Below, one piece after another: positions 62,566 through 64,000 of a stretch of 64,000 bases of DNA; positions within the stretch are counted from its first letter, which is position 1; the number at the start of each line of letters is the position of its first letter. Origin of the DNA: Malacoraja senta (taxonomy: Eukaryota); assembly GCA_038087875.1 (NCBI GenBank), contig CM075984.1, positions 15,190,001 to 15,254,000 on the forward strand. Direction: 5' to 3'. The notes beneath the pieces are model-generated. The model was not told the origin of the DNA. It ran no database searches and worked only from the letters and a program-made list of their open reading frames with translations. Made by a program: the position numbers and the translations under genes.

Positions 62566-64000
62566 CACGGCCTTTTAAGTAACAGGTAGGACCATCGTGC
62601 ATTTCCAGATGAAAACTTGTTGCCCACTCTCCTGCAAAGGACATTAGTGTCAAGAAGGAATGAGGGAAATAATTAAAGTAATAATGCCTAGGACCTGATC
62701 CCCAGTCAATTGTACTGAGCATGAGTGGTGTGTATGTTGTTCACCTCCTGGAGAAAAACCTAGACTTCTACCCTGTGGTCGGATGCATCAGTAGAAGTAT
62801 TTAGGGTCAGTTTATTCCCGGCTGTTATCAGGCAACTGAACCATCCTATCACCAACTAGAGACTTGTCCCGACCCTACTATCTACCTCGGACTATCTTTA
62901 ATCACACTTTACAGGACTTTATCTTGCACTCAACGTTATTCCCTTTATCCTGTATCTGTACACTGTGGGCAGCTTGATTGTAATCATGTACAGTCTTTCT
63001 GCTGACTGGATAGCATGAAACAAATAAAAAATGTCACTGTACCTTAGTGCATGTGACAATAAACTGAACAAAACTAAAAGAGAGCACGGGGTCTCTGTAA
63101 TACAGCAGCGACCCCGACCTGCATGGTCCCATCAGCTCACTATTTGAAACATAAACAGAATCGCTCAGCCCCTCAAGCTGGATAACCTCAATGTTCCCCA
63201 TAGAACATACAACAGCACAGAGTAGGTACTGGTCCTTCAACCCACCTGTTCTATGCGCACCAAGAAACCATTTTAACTCATCCCTGCCGCACATGCTCTG
63301 CATCCCTCTATTTCCGGCAAATTTATGTGTCTGTCTAAATGACAACAGGATATGGGGAGAAAGCAGGAATGGGATACTGATTTAGGATTATCAGCCATGA
63401 TCATATTGAATGGCGGTGCTGGTTCAAAGGGCCGGAAGGCCTACTCTTGCACCTGTTTTCCATGTTTCTATGGTAATACTTACCAACCAGGAAAGTGCCC
63501 ATTTATCCTTATTCTGTTTCTGTGTGTTAACTATCCCTTCTCTACATTACCCTCAATATTGTGAGCCTCGTTTCTATGGAGCAAAACTCCATGGCATATT
63601 GTTAAATGCCTTTAAAAAATTCAGATGTATTGTCCACTTGTTCCCTTCATCCACCCTGCTGGTTGCATCTTCAAAGCAATCTACTCATTTGGTCAAACAC
63701 AAATTCCTTTTTGTAAAACCACACTTACTCTGTCCAATTCCATTATAATTGTTGTAGTGGACTGCTCCCACTTCCCCTGTAATAGTCTCCAAGAGAGCAG
63801 GTATTCAGTTGAGCCCATTCAGTGATGCCCATTTTTAAACTCACATGTCTGAGGCCAGATATCCAAGATAAACCATGTTTCTGTCCTGGGTATAAATGAT
63901 GATGGTGAGGGGCCTTCTGACAGTGCGGCTTGTGGCTTCAACTTTGAATTGGAACCATATTTTCAGAGAATGCTTTTCTCAGCCAATACTTTGATTGCAG

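Overview
Eukaryotic, repeat-dense vertebrate DNA. The repeat complement (HE1/V-SINEs, CR1, Rex1/Babar, Penelope tails) points to a cartilaginous fish, probably a skate or ray. The only recognisable host gene is the last coding exon of PID1 (43585-44058, + strand), followed by a repeat-free 3' UTR of about 1.5 kb; the preceding 43.5 kb is most likely its last intron. The rest is transposon-derived: two decayed Tc1/mariner elements (one carrying nested CR1 and MITE insertions), two non-autonomous hAT elements with 8-bp TSDs, two internally deleted Ty3/Gypsy LTR elements, a Helitron-like element holding a head-to-head minisatellite, about 19 tRNA-derived V-SINEs, one young CORE-like SINE and many LINE fragments. 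The most interesting signal is a family of 15 or more short Penelope-derived insertions carrying a minimal type I hammerhead ribozyme (CTGAnGA-stem II-GAAA-CG-TH). They repeatedly occur as head-to-head palindromes that turn at or near the ribozyme and are flanked by 11-13 bp target-site duplications. All calls are by eye; no database searches were run, and repeat boundaries are approximate unless a TSD or TIR is quoted.
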